Shown here in pieces: positions 10,670 to 23,804 of a stretch of 64,000 nt of DNA (positions within the stretch are counted from its first letter, which is position 1; every line of letters starts with the position of its first letter). Position numbers and translations under genes: made by a program. Under the pieces are notes generated by a model that had not been told where the DNA came from, searched no databases, and saw only the letters and a list, made by a program, of their open reading frames with translations. Source of the stretch: Stegostoma tigrinum (taxonomy: Eukaryota); assembly GCF_030684315.1 (NCBI RefSeq), contig NC_081358.1, forward strand, positions 127,540,967 to 127,604,966, in the 5' to 3' direction.

Positions 10670-13250
10670 CATAGAATCATAGAAAGAGGCCCTTCAACCC
10701 AAACTGGTCCATGCTGACCATGGTGCCCATTCAGCTAGTTCCAATTGGCCACATTTGGTCCATATCCCTCTAAACCCTTCCTATCCATGTACTATCCAAA
10801 TGTTTTCTAAATGTTGCTATTGTACCTGCCTCAACTGCTTTCCCTGGCAGCACAATCCATATACTCACCACTCTCTGTCTGGAGAAGTTGCCCATCAGAT
10901 ACCCCTTAAAATCTTTCCCCTCTCACTTTAAACTTATGCCCTTCTAGTTTCCGATTCCCCGTCCCTGCGGAAAAAAGACTGTATGCATTCATCCTATCTA
11001 CAGCTCTCATGATTTTATACACCTCAGTAAGGTCACCCCTCATTCTCCTACATTCCAAGGAATAAAGTCCTATCCTGGCCAACCTCTCCCTGTAAATCAG
11101 GCCTACCAGTCCTGGCAACATCTTCATAAATGTTTTTTGCACATTCTCCAGTTTAACTATGTCTTTCCCATTACAGATTGATCAAATTACTCCAAGTGCG
11201 GCCTCACCAACAACTTATACAACTGTAACATAACGTCTCAACACCTATACTCAATACCTCAACTTGTGAAGACCAGCATTTTAAATGCTGTCTTCACCAC
11301 CTTGTCCACCTGTGATGATACTTTCAATGAACTATGTATTTCTACTCCTTGGTCCCTCTGTTCCACAACACTCCTCAGGACCTTACCATTTACTGTATAA
11401 GTCTTACCTCAGTTTGACTTTCCAAAGTGCGAAATCTCACACTTATCTGTACTGAATTGCATTTACCTGTCCTCAGTCCACTTCTCTATCTGATGGAAGA
11501 TCCCTCTGTGATTTTTGATAACCTTCGTTATCAACGATACCTCCTAATTTTGTATCATCTGCAAACTTATTAATCATGTCTTGTACATCCACATCCAGTT
11601 CTTTTATGTAAATAATAAATAACAAAGGTCCCGAGAACCGACTCCTGTGGCACACCACTTGTCACAGGCCTCCAGTCCAAGAAACAACATTCAACCATCG
11701 CCTTCTAGTTTGACTTTGGTGCATGGGAAAATGTGCCTCATAGCACTAGGGACCAGGCTCAGTCCCAGTCTCAGGCAACTGTGTGGAGTTTGCAAGATAA
11801 TAAAATGTGAGGCTGGATGAACACAGCAGGACAAGCAGCATCTCAGGAGCACAAAAGCTGACGTTTCGGGCCTAGACCCTTCATCAGAAAAAACGTCAGC
11901 TTTCCTGCTCCTGAGATGCTGCTTGGCCTGCTGTGTTCATCCAGCTTCACACTTTGTTATCTTGGATTCTCCAGCATCTGCAGTTCCCATTATCTCTTCA
12001 ACCGTCACCCTCTGCTTCCTACCATTGAGCCAATTTTGAATCCAGTTAGCTGGATCTCCCTGGATCCCATGCAACCTAACCATCATGATCAGCCTGCCTT
12101 AAGGGACCTTGTCAAAGGCCTTACTAAAGTCCATACAGACAACGTACACTGCCCTATCCTCATCTATCATCTTGGTTACCTCTGAAAAACTCTAAAAGAT
12201 CTGTCAGACATGACTTCCTGCGTATAAGTCAATGCTGACTATCCCTAATCAAACCTTGACTATCAAAATGGTGGTTGATCCTGTACTTCAGCATCCTCTC
12301 CAATAACTTGCCTACCACTGATGTCAGGTTCACCGGCCTGTAGTACCCTGGCTTGTGTTTGTTACCTTTATTAAACAATGAAACAACATTCTTCCAGTCT
12401 TCTGGAACTTCAGCTGTGACTAAAGTTGAAGCAAACATTTCTGCAACGGCCTCTGCAATTTCTTCCAGAGCCTCCCACAACATCCCAGCATTGACTTGAT
12501 CAGGCCCAGGGGATTTATCCACTTTGATACATTTTAAGGCTGAAAACACCTCATCTCTGGTAATATATGTGCGATCCAAAACATCCCCACTTGTTTCTCT
12601 TATTTCCATAGCATCCACAATTCTCTCCTCAGTAAACACTGAGGAGAAATATTCATTAAAAATCTCCCCCATCTCCTGTGGCTCCATACATGGACAGCCA
12701 TACTGGTCTTTAAGGGGACCTATTCTCTTCCTAGCCACCCTCTTACTTTTAATATAGTTACAGAACCCCCTGGGACTATCATTAACCTTATCTGCCAAAT
12801 CCATCTCATACCATGTTTTGACCTTCTGGTTTCCCCCTTAAGTGTGCTCCTGCACTTTTTATAGTTATCTAGCGATTCATTTGACAATAGACAATAGACA
12901 ATAGGTGCTGGAGTAGGCCATTCGGCCCTTCGAGCCAGCACCACCATTCATTATGATTATGGCTGATCAACCACAATTAGAATCCTGTTCCTGCCTTATC
13001 CCTATAACCCAATAGCTTAAACCTAATGCATGCCTTCTTCATTTTCCTGACCAGAGTCTTAATACCCCTTGTCAGCCAGGGATCTCTAAACCTGCCAGCT
13101 TTCCCCTTCTCCCTCACAGGGACATACAGTCCCTGGACACTTGATATCTCACTTTTAAAAGCCTCCTATTTGCCAGTTGTTCCTTTTCCTTCAAACAGAC
13201 TCATCCCAACTGACCTCTGCTAGGTCTTGCCTAATGGTCCCAAAATTGTG
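10670..13250 (-). mobile_element. CR1 LINE ORF2 remnant, interrupted by a SINE piece and a PLE palindrome (~11720-11996)
   Basis: ORFs 12229-12804 (KSPGPD, YRPVNLTSVVGKLLE), 11473-11658 (GPLLFIIYI..KFADDTKLGG) and 10906-11142. Confidence 0.88.
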
Positions 13251-13309
13251 AGTCCCAGTTCAGGATTCTCTCGAGGTTAACAGTAGGTTCAGCTGGTGGT
13301 TGGTTCGGC

Positions 13310-14040
13310 AATGCAATGTTGGTATTCATTTCAAGACGGCTAGAATACAAGGGCCAAAGTGTACAGGTGAGGCTGTATAAGGATCTCATCAGAGTGCATT
13401 TGGAATATTGTAAGCAGTTTTGGATTCCGTATCTGAGGAAGGATGTGCTTGCCTAGGAGGGGGTCCAGAGAAGGTTTACAAGAATGACCCTGGGGATGAA
13501 GGCCTTGCCATATGACCAGTGGTTGATGGCTCTGGGGTCTGTACTCGGAGTTTAGAAGGATTGAGGGGAATCAGATTAAAGCTTACAAAATTCCGAGAGG
13601 CCTGGCTACAGTAGACTTGGAGAAGATGTTTCCACTAGTAGGGGAGACTAGGACCTGAGGGTGTAGCCTCAGAGTGAAAGAACTATCCTTTAGACTGGGA
13701 TGAGGAATTTCTTCAGCCATGTGGTAGGAATCGTTAGAACACATTGTGGCAGAAGGCTGTGGTGGCCAAGTCACTGAGTGATGGACAATTTCCCGGTAAC
13801 AGGATCAAGGGTTACGGAGACAGTAAGGGTTGAGAAGCACCAGCCAAGATCAAATAGTCGAGCAGACTTAATGGCCTAATTCTGCTCCGATATCTTTATG
13901 CTCCTATGGTCCTAAAGCTATAGGCCAGTTAAATTCCTATCGAGGAATAGGGTTGAAAACGTATCAGCCATGATCAAATGGCAGAGCAGACTTGATGGGC
14001 CAAATGGCCTAACTCTGGTCCTATGTCATATGGTCTTATC
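13310..14040 (+). mobile_element. CR1 LINE 3' fragment with duplicated tail
   Basis: Decayed HLEYC.QFW.PYLRKD motif and CR1 3' UTR present twice. Confidence 0.7.
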
Positions 14041-14694
14041 GTATGTTTGTATGTACTTTACAGTCTTAAAGGAACAAAAACTTTAAAGGTATAGGCACCC
14101 TTGGATTCAATTTAATTTACTTCAATCCTTGTCTCTGTCATTTCCTCCATTGACACGGTTCAAACAATCTCAGCTCCTTCTCCACACTTCTTCCCACCCA
14201 ACAAATTCCACCCAATCATTCTCACCAAACCCCTATCCCTGTTTTTCATCACCCTCAATTCCTCCTCCAATCCCAGCAAACTGACCACTCCAGAAAATTT
14301 GTAAAGACAGTTAGAGGCACACGCTGAAAAGTTGGAGAGTCTGAGACAGGCCTGAACAGGGTAGAAAGAGTGTGTGAGACAGTGAGAACCCCGAGGGCAG
14401 GAACCTGCAGAGACACTTCACATTCCTTACCTTATTTGGAAGAAAACTCGAGCACACGAGAGTGTCGATTATAGGTGTGGCAGGCGAGAGAACGAGTAAA
14501 TGACATGGTAATATCGGAAAGAGATCTCAATCAGGAGCCTCAATGTCCCTTCCAAAGAAGCGTTTAAGTGATTGAGAACTAGCAATTCCAAGCTGGTGGG
14601 GAAATAACAGTGATTAACTCATTACCTGTAATCCCCAAAGCCTGTCCACCATTTACAGGACACAACTCTGACATGTCCAAAGTGGGAATAGTGG

Positions 14695-15180
14695 CAAAAA
14701 TAGAAATTACTGGAAAAACTCAGCCACACCTGTGGAGAGAAACATTTTGAGTCGAGCGATGCTTCTTCAGGACTGATGATATGCTAGGAAAATGCCGGTT
14801 TATTTGCAGAAGATAGGGTGAGGGTGAAGGGGTTAAGGAGTAAATGATTAGTGGCGATAGAGCCCAAAGAGAGAGAAGGACAATTGGAAAGACAAAGGAG
14901 TGAGTAACAATTTGGCTGGGAGGGTAAATAGCTGTTAATAGGGACTGTTAGTGGCTAACAATAGGTGGGCTCTATCCCCACTAATCATTTACTCCTTAAC
15001 CCCTTCACCCTCACCCTATCTTCTGCAAATAAACCGGCATTTTCCTAGCATATCATCAGTTCTGAAGAAGCCCGAAACGTCAGCTTTTGTGCTCCTGAGA
15101 TGCTGCTTGGCCTGCTGTGTTCATCCACCTTCATACTTTATTATTATGTTGATAACAAGGCCTGGTTGTGAAGTCTGGGG
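14695..15180. mobile_element. Chimeric PLE-end structure with ~105-bp inverted repeat
   Basis: 14761-14866 is inverted at 14966-15072, then switches into the dominant PLE family at the GAAACGTC box. Confidence 0.7.
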
Positions 15181-15203
15181 TAAGGACATCCCCTTCTCAG
15201 AGA

Positions 15204-15463
15204 GGTTAGGGTCTGGAATGTACTGTCTGAGAGTGTTGGGGGGGAGGCAGGTTTGCTCGAGGGGTTAGGGTCTGGAATGTACTGTCTGAGAGTGTGGGGG
15301 AGGCAGGGTCACTCAGGGGGTTAGGGTCTGGAATGTACTGTCTGAGAGTGTGGGGGATGAGGCAGGTTCACTCGAGGGGTTAAGGTCCTGAATGTACTGT
15401 CTGAGAGTGTGGGGGGGGTGCAGGTTCACTCGAGGGGTTAGGGTCTGGAATGTACTGTCTGAG
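15204..15463 (+). repeat. ~60-bp minisatellite derived from CR1 ORF2 3' end
   Basis: ~4.5 copies of GGTTAGGGTCTGGAATGTACTGTCTGAGAGTGTGGGGGGAGGCAGGTTCACTCGAG, matching the CR1 VRVWN.LP..VVEAGSL region. Confidence 0.85.
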
Positions 15464-16312
15464 GTTGTATCCTATGAGAATTCGATACGCATTGAAACAG
15501 AGCTATTGTTTGGGTGAAAGATGGGAGAGAATGAACCTCGCTGAGCTGCTTTTGCAGAGATGTAGTGCTGAGAAGATGGGCTGAAAAGCCTCTCTCTGTG
15601 TTATAACCGTTTCATGATACTATGCATTTAATTTGCAGTTTTCTTTGTCCAGGTGTAAAAACAAGAAAAATGAGATTATGGCATCCACCACCATCTCATG
15701 CATGAAGGAGAGGATTCAAACAAATTACACTGTCTTAATGTTCCCTCAGGAGCGCCCACAACCCCCAGTGCCTGCACCTAGCCCTTCCCCTGAATCGCAT
15801 TGGATGTTTTCAGATCCACAACCCTGACGCTCAGTGGATGGTGACCTAATATGATGGGGAAGGGTGTGAATGTGATATTAAAGATGTAGCACTGAGAGAT
15901 ATTTTAATTGATCTGGATTTTGCTTTGGAGAGGATATTGCACACACTTGCTGAGCAGGTGATTTACTGAAATATTCAGCTGGTCTAAAAGCGGGTGAGTG
16001 GTTACATCTGTGCTTATTTCGAGAGAGAGAGAGTCCTACAGCACAGAGACACACCCTTCAACTCAACTGGTCCATACCAACCAAAATGTCCATCCACACT
16101 AACCCCACTTCCCTGCATTTGGCCTATAACCTTCTAAACCTTTCCTGTCCACTTATTCAATCCAAATGCCTTTTAAATGTTAATGTACCTGCCTTAACCA
16201 CTTCTGCTGGCAGCTCGTTGCATATGTGTACCATCCTATCTGTGTGAAAAAGTTGCTCACAGGTTCCCATGTATTCTCTCCCCTCTTACCTTAAACTGAT
16301 GCACCTTAAACT

Positions 16313-17583
16313 GATAACAAAATGTGGGGCTGGATGAACACAGCAGGCCAAGCAGCATCTCAGGAGCACAAAAGCTGACGTTTTGGGCCTAGACCCTTCA
16401 TCAGAGAGGGGGAAGGGGAGAGGGAACTGGAATAAATAGGGAGAGAGGGGGAGGCGGACCGAAGATGGAGAGTAAAGAAGATAGGTGGAGAGAGTGTAGG
16501 TGGGGAGGTAGGGAGGGGATAGGTCAGTACAGGGAAGACAGACAGGTCAAGGAGGTGGGATGAGGTTAGTAGGTAGATGGAGGTGCGGCTTGGGGTGGGA
16601 GGAAGGGATGGGTGAGAGGAAGAACCGGTTAGGGAGGCAGAGACAGGTTGGACTGGTTTTGGGATGCAGTGTGTGGAGGGGAAGAGCTTGGCTGGTTGTG
16701 TGGTGCAGTGGGGGGAGGGGACGAACTGGGCTGGTTTAGGGATGCAGTAGGGGAAGGGGAGATTTTGAAACTGGTGAAGTCCACATTGATACCATATGGC
16801 TGCAGGGTTCCCAGGCGGAATACGAGTTGCTGTTCCTGCAACCTTCGGGTGGCATCATTGTGGCACTGCAGGAGGCCCATGACGGACATGTCGTCTAGAG
16901 AATGGGAGGGGGAGTGGAAATGGTTTGCGACTGGGAGGTGCAGTTGTTTGTTGCGAACTGAGCGGAGGTGTTCTGCAAAGCGGTCTCCAAGCCTCCGCTT
17001 GGTTTCCCCAATGTAGAGGAAGCCACACCGGGTACAGTGGATGCAGTATACCATATTGGCAGATGTGCAGGTGAACCTCTGAACCTGGAGGTATCAATGT
17101 GGACTTCACCAGTTTCAAAATCTCCCCTTCCCCTTCTGCACCCCTAAACCAGCCCAGTTCGTCCCCTCCCCCCACTGCACCACACAACCAGCCCAGCTCT
17201 TCCCCCCCCCCCCCCCCCCCCACCCACTGCATCCCAAAACCAGTCCAACCTGTCTCTGCCTCCCTAACCGGTTCTTCCTCTCACCCATCCCTTCCTCCCA
17301 CCCCAAGCCGCACCCCCATCTACCTACTAACCTCATCCCACCTCCTTGACCTGTCCGTCTTCCCTGGGCTGACCTATCCCCTCCCTACCTCCTCACCTAT
17401 ACTCTCTCCACCTATCTTCTTTTCTCTCCATCTTCGGTCCACCTCCCCCTCTCTCCCTATTTATTCCAGTTCCCTCTCCCCATCCCCCTCTCTGATGAAG
17501 GGTCTAGGCCCGAAATGTCAGCTTTTGTGCTCCTGAGATGCTGCTTGGCCTGCTGTGTTCATCCAGCCTCACATTTTATTATC
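16313..17583. mobile_element. Penelope-like fold-back element
   Basis: Minus arm ~16313-17080 encodes VYCIHCTRCGFLYIGET (GIY-YIG). Inverted plus arm ~17090-17583. Hammerhead motif in both arms. Confidence 0.9.
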
Positions 17584-17799
17584 ACAGACTAGTCAAGCGA
17601 CAGCCTGAGGGCTGTGGAGGCCAGGTCATTGAGTATACTTAAGACATAGATAGGTTCTTGATTGTTAAGGGAATCAAAGGTTACTGGGAGAAAGAATGGG
17701 GTCAAGAAATGTGTCAGCCATTATGGAATAATGGAGCAGACTCAACAGGCCAAATGGCCTAATTTCTGTTCCTATGTCTTATGGTCTTATAGTCCTAAG

Positions 17800-18980
17800 A
17801 TGAAGGCAAAGTGATGAATTTTGTTCATATGGACTTCAACAAGGCTCCTCATGGTAGACTGTAAGCAAGATTACGTCACATGGAATCCAGGGAGAGCTAG
17901 CCAGTTGGATACAAAATTGGCTTGAAGGTAGGAAACAGAAGATGGTGGTGAAGGGTTACTTTTCGGACAGGACACCTGTGACCAGCAGTGTCCCACAAGC
18001 ATCAGGTCCACTGCATTTTGTCATTTATATAAATGATTTGGGTGTGGACATAGGAGAAATGGTTAGTAAGTTTGCAGATGACACTAAATTTGGTGGTGTA
18101 AGAGACTGTGAAGAAGATTATCTCAGAGTACAGTGGGACCTTGATGAGGTGGGCTGCTGGGCTGAGGAGTGGCAGGTGGAGTTTAGATAAATGCGAGGTA
18201 TTGCATTCTTATAAGGGAAATCGGGACAAGACTTATACACTTAATGGTAGAGACCTTGGGAGTGTTACCAATCAAAGAAGCTTTGCAGTGCAGGTTCATA
18301 GTTCTTTGAAGGTGCAGTCACAGGTAGACAGGATTGTGAAGAAAGTGTTTACTACATTTGCCTTTATTGGTCAGTACACTGAGTGTAGCAGTTAGGGGAT
18401 GTCATTTTTGTAGTTGTACAGGACATTGGTCAGGTCACTTTGGAGATTGTGTAGAATTCTGGTCTCCCTGCTATAGGAAAGATGTTGTTAAACTTGAAAG
18501 GGTTCAGAAAAGATTTACAAGAATGTTGTCAGGGATGGAGAATTTGAATAGGGTGTACTGAGAGGTTAAAAAGGTTGGGACTATTTTCTCTGGAGCGATG
18601 GAGGGCAAGCGGTGACCTTTTTGAGGTTTATAAAATCATGAGGGGCATGGATAGTGTGAATAGTCAAGGTCTTTTCCCTAGGGTGGGTGAATCCAAAACT
18701 AGAGGGCATAGGTTTAAGGTGAGAAGGAAAAGATTTAAAAGAGAACTAAGGGGCAGCCTTTTCATGCAGAGGGTGGTGCGTGTATGGAATGAGCTACCAG
18801 AGGAAATGGAGGTTGATAAAATTAAAACATTTAAAAGGTATCTGAATGGGTATTTGAATAGGTAGTGTTTATAGGAATATGGGGCAAATGCTGGCAAATG
18901 GGATTAGATTAATTTAGGATATCTGGTCAGCACGGATGAGTTGGACAGAAGGATCTGTTTCATGCTGTAAAACTCTATAA
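17800..18980 (+). mobile_element. CR1 LINE RT/3' fragment
   Basis: Frameshifted ORFs 17942-18865: SSVPQ..GPLHFVIYIND..KFADDTK, ERVQKRFTRM, TRGHRFK. Confidence 0.9.
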
Positions 18981-19039
18981 CCACAACTATCTTCCTATGT
19001 GCCAAAAATGAATCAAACTAGTGGAAAGTTTTCTCAGAT

Positions 19040-20820
19040 TCTCATTGATTCCAGTTTTTCTCGGGCTCACTGATGCCAAACTCGGTTGAATGCAGAGTTG
19101 ACCTTAACAGCTGTCACTCTCACCTCACCTCTGGAATTCACCTCCTTTGTCTATGTTTGAATCAAGGTTGTAATGAGATCAAGAATTGAACGGGCCAGGC
19201 GGAACTAAAGCTGAGTGTTATTGAGTAGTTCATTGCTGACCAAGTGATGCTTGATACTGTTGACAGAACAAAGAACAAAGAAAATTACAGCACAGGAACA
19301 GGGCCTTCAACCCTCCAAGTCTGCGTGATGACGCTTTAATGATGATTAAGAATAGGCTAATGGGATGGTAATTGGTCTGGTTAGGTTTATCCTGCTTTTT
19401 GTGCACAAGACATACTTGGGCAATTTTCCTCACTTTCAGATGTCAGTGTGGTAATTGTATTGAAACAGTTTGGCTAGGGGTGTGGTAAGTTCTAGGGCAG
19501 ACGTTGCCAGTCCTGGTGATTTATCCACTTTCAGCCCTTTCAGTTTTTCCAGCACATTCTACCTTGGTGATCATGATTACACTCAACTCTGCATACACAG
19601 ACTCTCTTGAATTGTTAGCATGTTGCTCATGTCTCCCACCATGAAGACTGGCAGAAGGTACTTGTTCAGTTCCTCTGCCATTTCTTTGTTCCCATTACTA
19701 CTTCTCCAGAGCAAATTTCCAGCTGCCCAATGTCCACATTTGCCTCTCTTTAACCCTCTATATAGCTAAAGAAATTCTCACAATCTTCTTTTATATTACT
19801 GGCTAGCTTACCCTCATATTTAACGTTCTCCCTCCTTATTTCTTTTTTTGTTGCCCTCTGTTGGTTTTTGTAAGCTTCCCAATTCCCTGGCTTACCCCAC
19901 TCTTCGCCACATAATATGCTTTTCCTTTTGCTTTTATGCTGTCCCTGAGTTCCCAGGTCAGTCATAGTTGTCTCCCTTGAGTATGTTTCTTTTTCCGAGG
20001 GATACATTTTTGCTGTGTCTCCCAAATTATTCCCAGAAACTCCTGCCATTGCTGTTCTGATGAAGGGTCTAGGCCCGAAATGTCAGCTTTTGTGCTCCTG
20101 AGGTGCTGCTTGGCCTGCTGTGTTCATCCAGCTTCACACTTTGTTATCTCTGCCATTGCTGTTCCACTGTTTTTCCTGCCAGGCTCCTCTCCCAGTCAAT
20201 TCTGCCCAGATCCTCCCTCAACCTCTGTAGTTGCCTTTATTCAACTGTAATACCATTACAACTGATTCCAGCTTCTCCCTCTCAAATTGCAGAATAAATT
20301 CTATCATCTTATGATCACTGCCTCCTAAGGGTTCCTTCAGATTTAGCTCCCTTATCAAGTCTGCATCATTGCACAACACTAAATCCAGAATTAAAGAAAA
20401 TGGGAACTGCAGATGTTGGAGAATCCGAGATAACAAAGTGTGGAGTTTGATGAACACCCCAGGCCAAGCAGCATCTTCTGATGAAGGGTCTAGACCTGAA
20501 ACGTCAGCTTTTGTGCTCCTGAGATGCTGCTTGGCCTGCTGTGTTCATCCAGTTCCACACTTTGTTATCACTAAATCCAGAATTGCCTGTTCTGTCATGG
20601 GGTCCACCACAAGCTGCTCCAAAAAGCCATCTTGTAGACATTCAACAAGTTCCTCTGCTTGCGATCCACTACCAACCTGATTTTCCCATCCACCTGCATA
20701 TTTGAAATTCCCAATGATCACCGTAACCTTGCCCTTCTTACACACTTTTTCTGTCACCTGCACTCCTATCACTTTGGAGGCCTGCACATAATTCCAGCTA
20801 TGGTCTCTTTCACTTTTGCA
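19040..20820 (-). mobile_element. LINE remnants (L2-like plus CR1 endonuclease region) with two small PLE insertions
   Basis: NYHPISL motif; IIGNF..CLQDGFLEQLV.DP..EQAILDLV; PLGGSDH. PLE insertions at 20058-20149 and ~20393-20568, both with TSDs. Confidence 0.8.
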
Positions 20821-20844
20821 GTTCCTCATGAGCCTTTAAAGGGA

Positions 20845-21155
20845 TGGCACGGTGGCTCAGTGGTTAGCACTGCAGCCTCACAGCACCAGGGACCTGGGTT
20901 CGATTCCTCCCTCGGGTGACTGTCTGTGTGGAGTTTGCACATTTTCCCTGTGTCTGTGTAAACTTCCTCTGGGAGCTATAGTTTCTTCCCACAGTCCAAA
21001 GATATGTGGATTGGCCATGCCAAATTACCCATAGTGTCCAGGGGTGAGTAGGTTAGGTGGGTTACAGGGGATGGGTCTGGCTGAAATGCTTTGATGATCA
21101 GTGTGGTCTTGTTGGGCCAAAGGGCCTGTATCCACACTGAAGGGATTCTATGATT
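20845..21155 (+). mobile_element. tRNA-derived SINE (HE1/V-SINE-like)
   Basis: GGCACGGTGGCTCAGTGGTTAGC A-box, GGTTCGATTCC B-box, CR1-like tail. Confidence 0.85.
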
Positions 21156-21168
21156 ACTCAACTGTACC

Positions 21169-22302
21169 ACATAGAACATAGAACATAGAACAATACAGCG
21201 CAGAACAGGCCCTTCGGCCCTCAATGTTGCGCCAACCTGTGAAGTAATCTAAGCCCCTCCCCCTACACTATCCCATCATCATCCATATGCTTATCCAAGA
21301 ACTGTTTAAATGCTCCTAATGTGGCTGAGTTAACTACATTGGCAGGCAGGGTGTTCCACACCCTTACCACTCTCTGAGTAAAGAACCTGCCTCTGACATC
21401 TGTCTTAAATCTAACACCCCTCAATTTGTAGCTATGTCCCCTTGTACAAGCTGACGTCATCATCTTCGGAAAAAGACTCTCACTGTCCACCCTATCTAAT
21501 CCTCTGATCATCTTGTATGTCTCTATTAAATCCCCTCTTAGCCTTCTTCTCTCCAATGAGAGCAGACCCAAGTCCCTCAGCCTTTCTTCATAAGGCCTGT
21601 GCTCCAGACCAGGCAACATCATGGTAAATCTCCTCTGCACCTTTTCCAATGCTTTCACATCCTTCCTGTAATAGGGTGACCAGAACTGCACGCAATATTC
21701 CAAGTGAGGCCGTACTAGCATTTTGTACAGTTGCAGCATGACATCATGGCCCCAGAACTCAATCCCTCTACCAATAAAACCTAACACACTGTAAGCCTTT
21801 TTAACAGCACTATCAACCTGGGTGGCAACTTTCAGGGTTCTATGTACATGGACACCAAGATCCCTCTGCACATCCACACCACCAAGAATCTTTCCATTGA
21901 CCCAGTATTCTGCCTATTATTCTTCCCAAAGTGAATCACCTCACATTTATCCGCATTGAACTCCATTTGCCACCTTTCGGCCCAATTCTGCAGTTTATCC
22001 AAGTCTCCCTGCAACCTACAACATTCTTCCACACTGTCCACCACTCCACCGACTTTAGTGTCATCTGCAAACTTACTAACCCATCCACCTATGCCTGCGT
22101 CCAAGTCATTTATAAAAATGACAAACAGCAGTGGTCCCAAAACAGATCCCTGAGGCACATCACTAGTAACCGGACTCCAGGCTGAATACTTTCCATCAAC
22201 AACCACATGGTGCCTTCTTACAGAAAGACAGTTTCTAATCCAAACTGCTAAATCTCCCTCAATCCCGTGCCTCTGTATTTTCTCCAATAGCCTACCATGT
22301 GG
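21169..22302 (-). mobile_element. Relatively young 5'-truncated CR1 LINE
   Basis: ORFs 21832-22287 (DVPQGSVLGPLLFVIFIND..FADDTK) and 21263-21877 split by one frameshift; (TTCTATG)n tail. Confidence 0.93.
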
Positions 22303-22679
22303 ATGATGTAGAATCTACCTGGAAGGGTCTAGGCCCGAAACGTCAGCTTTTGTTCTTCTAAGATGCTGCTTGACCTGCTGTGTTCATCCAGCTCCATGCT
22401 TTGTTATCTCGGATTCTCCAGCATCAGCAGTTCCCATTATTTCTGATCAACAGCCAGGTTTGGGCTCATAACAGGCAAGTAACATTCGTACCACACAAAT
22501 GCCAAGCAATGACCATCTCCAATAACACAGACTCTAACCAGCTCCACTTGACATTCATTGACAGTACTGAAACTGAATACTCCATTTTACCTCTCTGGGG
22601 CAGCATGCTGAAAATCAAGCCTGCTAATTACTGGAGTCATCAGAAAAGGTAATGCTTTTTAAAAGGATGCAGCAGTCAG

Positions 22680-23100
22680 AGCGATACAGCATGGAAATAG
22701 ACCCTTCGGTTGAACTTGTCCATACTGACCGGATTTCACAAACTAAACTACTTCCATTTACCTACATGTGGCCCATATCCTTCTAAATTATTCATATCCA
22801 TGTACCTGTCCAAATGTTGTAACTATACGTGCATCAACCACTTTCCCTGGCAGCTCATTCCATATACACACCATCCTTTGTGTGAAAATGTTGCCCTCAC
22901 GTCTCTTTTAAATCTTTCCCTACTTAGCATAAACCTATGCCCACTGGCTTTGACTCCCCAACCCGAGGGAAAGGATTTTTGCTATTCACCTTATCTATGC
23001 TCCTCATGATTTTATAAAGCTCTATAATGTCACCCCTCAACCTCCGACACTCCAGAGGAAGATGTCCCAACCTATCCAGCCTCTCCTCATAACTCAAACT
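22680..23100 (-). mobile_element. CR1 LINE 3' fragment
   Basis: SYEERLDRLG..RRLRGDIIELYKIM. Confidence 0.8.
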
Positions 23101-23804
23101 TTTCTCATGAACTTTCAGATTTGCCTCATTCTTCAAGAATTGTAGAACTGTTGCTGCTTCTGGTACATCTTCAGTTCAGGACGAAAGCTTTCAACCCAAC
23201 CTGGCATTTAGTTTCTCTTGGATATTGTACTATCCTGTAGAACCTCCTCATCCTACTTTTTCTTGGAGTCATGTCTCTTTCTCATATGCAGTTATTGACC
23301 GAATGAGTTCTGGCCAATAAAGTCACTAGAGAACAGGTTAATCTGCAAACGGGTACATGTGCTTCTAAGAAGTGTCACTGGACAGCTATCAACAGCTGAA
23401 ACACAGGCTGATTTTCTACCTGCATTGCCCAAGGATGCAAACTCAATCTGTTACCTCCTGCCACACCAGTCCAGGAAAGATACATAGCAGAGAATGATAC
23501 AGCACACAAGCAGGCCCTTCACATCTATGCTAGCTTTGAAGGAACTATCCAATCAGTTTCACTCTGCTGTTCTTTCACCATCATCCTGCAATGGTTTTGA
23601 GCTTAGAGTGTTTCTCAAGTGAATGTTATGATTGAGTCAGCTTCTTCACTTTATCAGCTAATGTACTCCAGATCAAAATTATTTGAGTTGCCTCGGACGC
23701 TTCTCTCAATTGTCTTAAATCTGTGTTCCTCGGTTACTGAACCTTCTGCCCCTGGAATCTGCTGAGTTTTATTCAACCTAACAATGCCAGTCGTGACTTT
23801 GGAT

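Noticed and set aside
20845-20920. tRNA-like A/B boxes (also ~8620-8690, 58787, 60670)
   Set aside because: They continue into a shared SINE body and tail, with no complete cloverleaf or acceptor stem.
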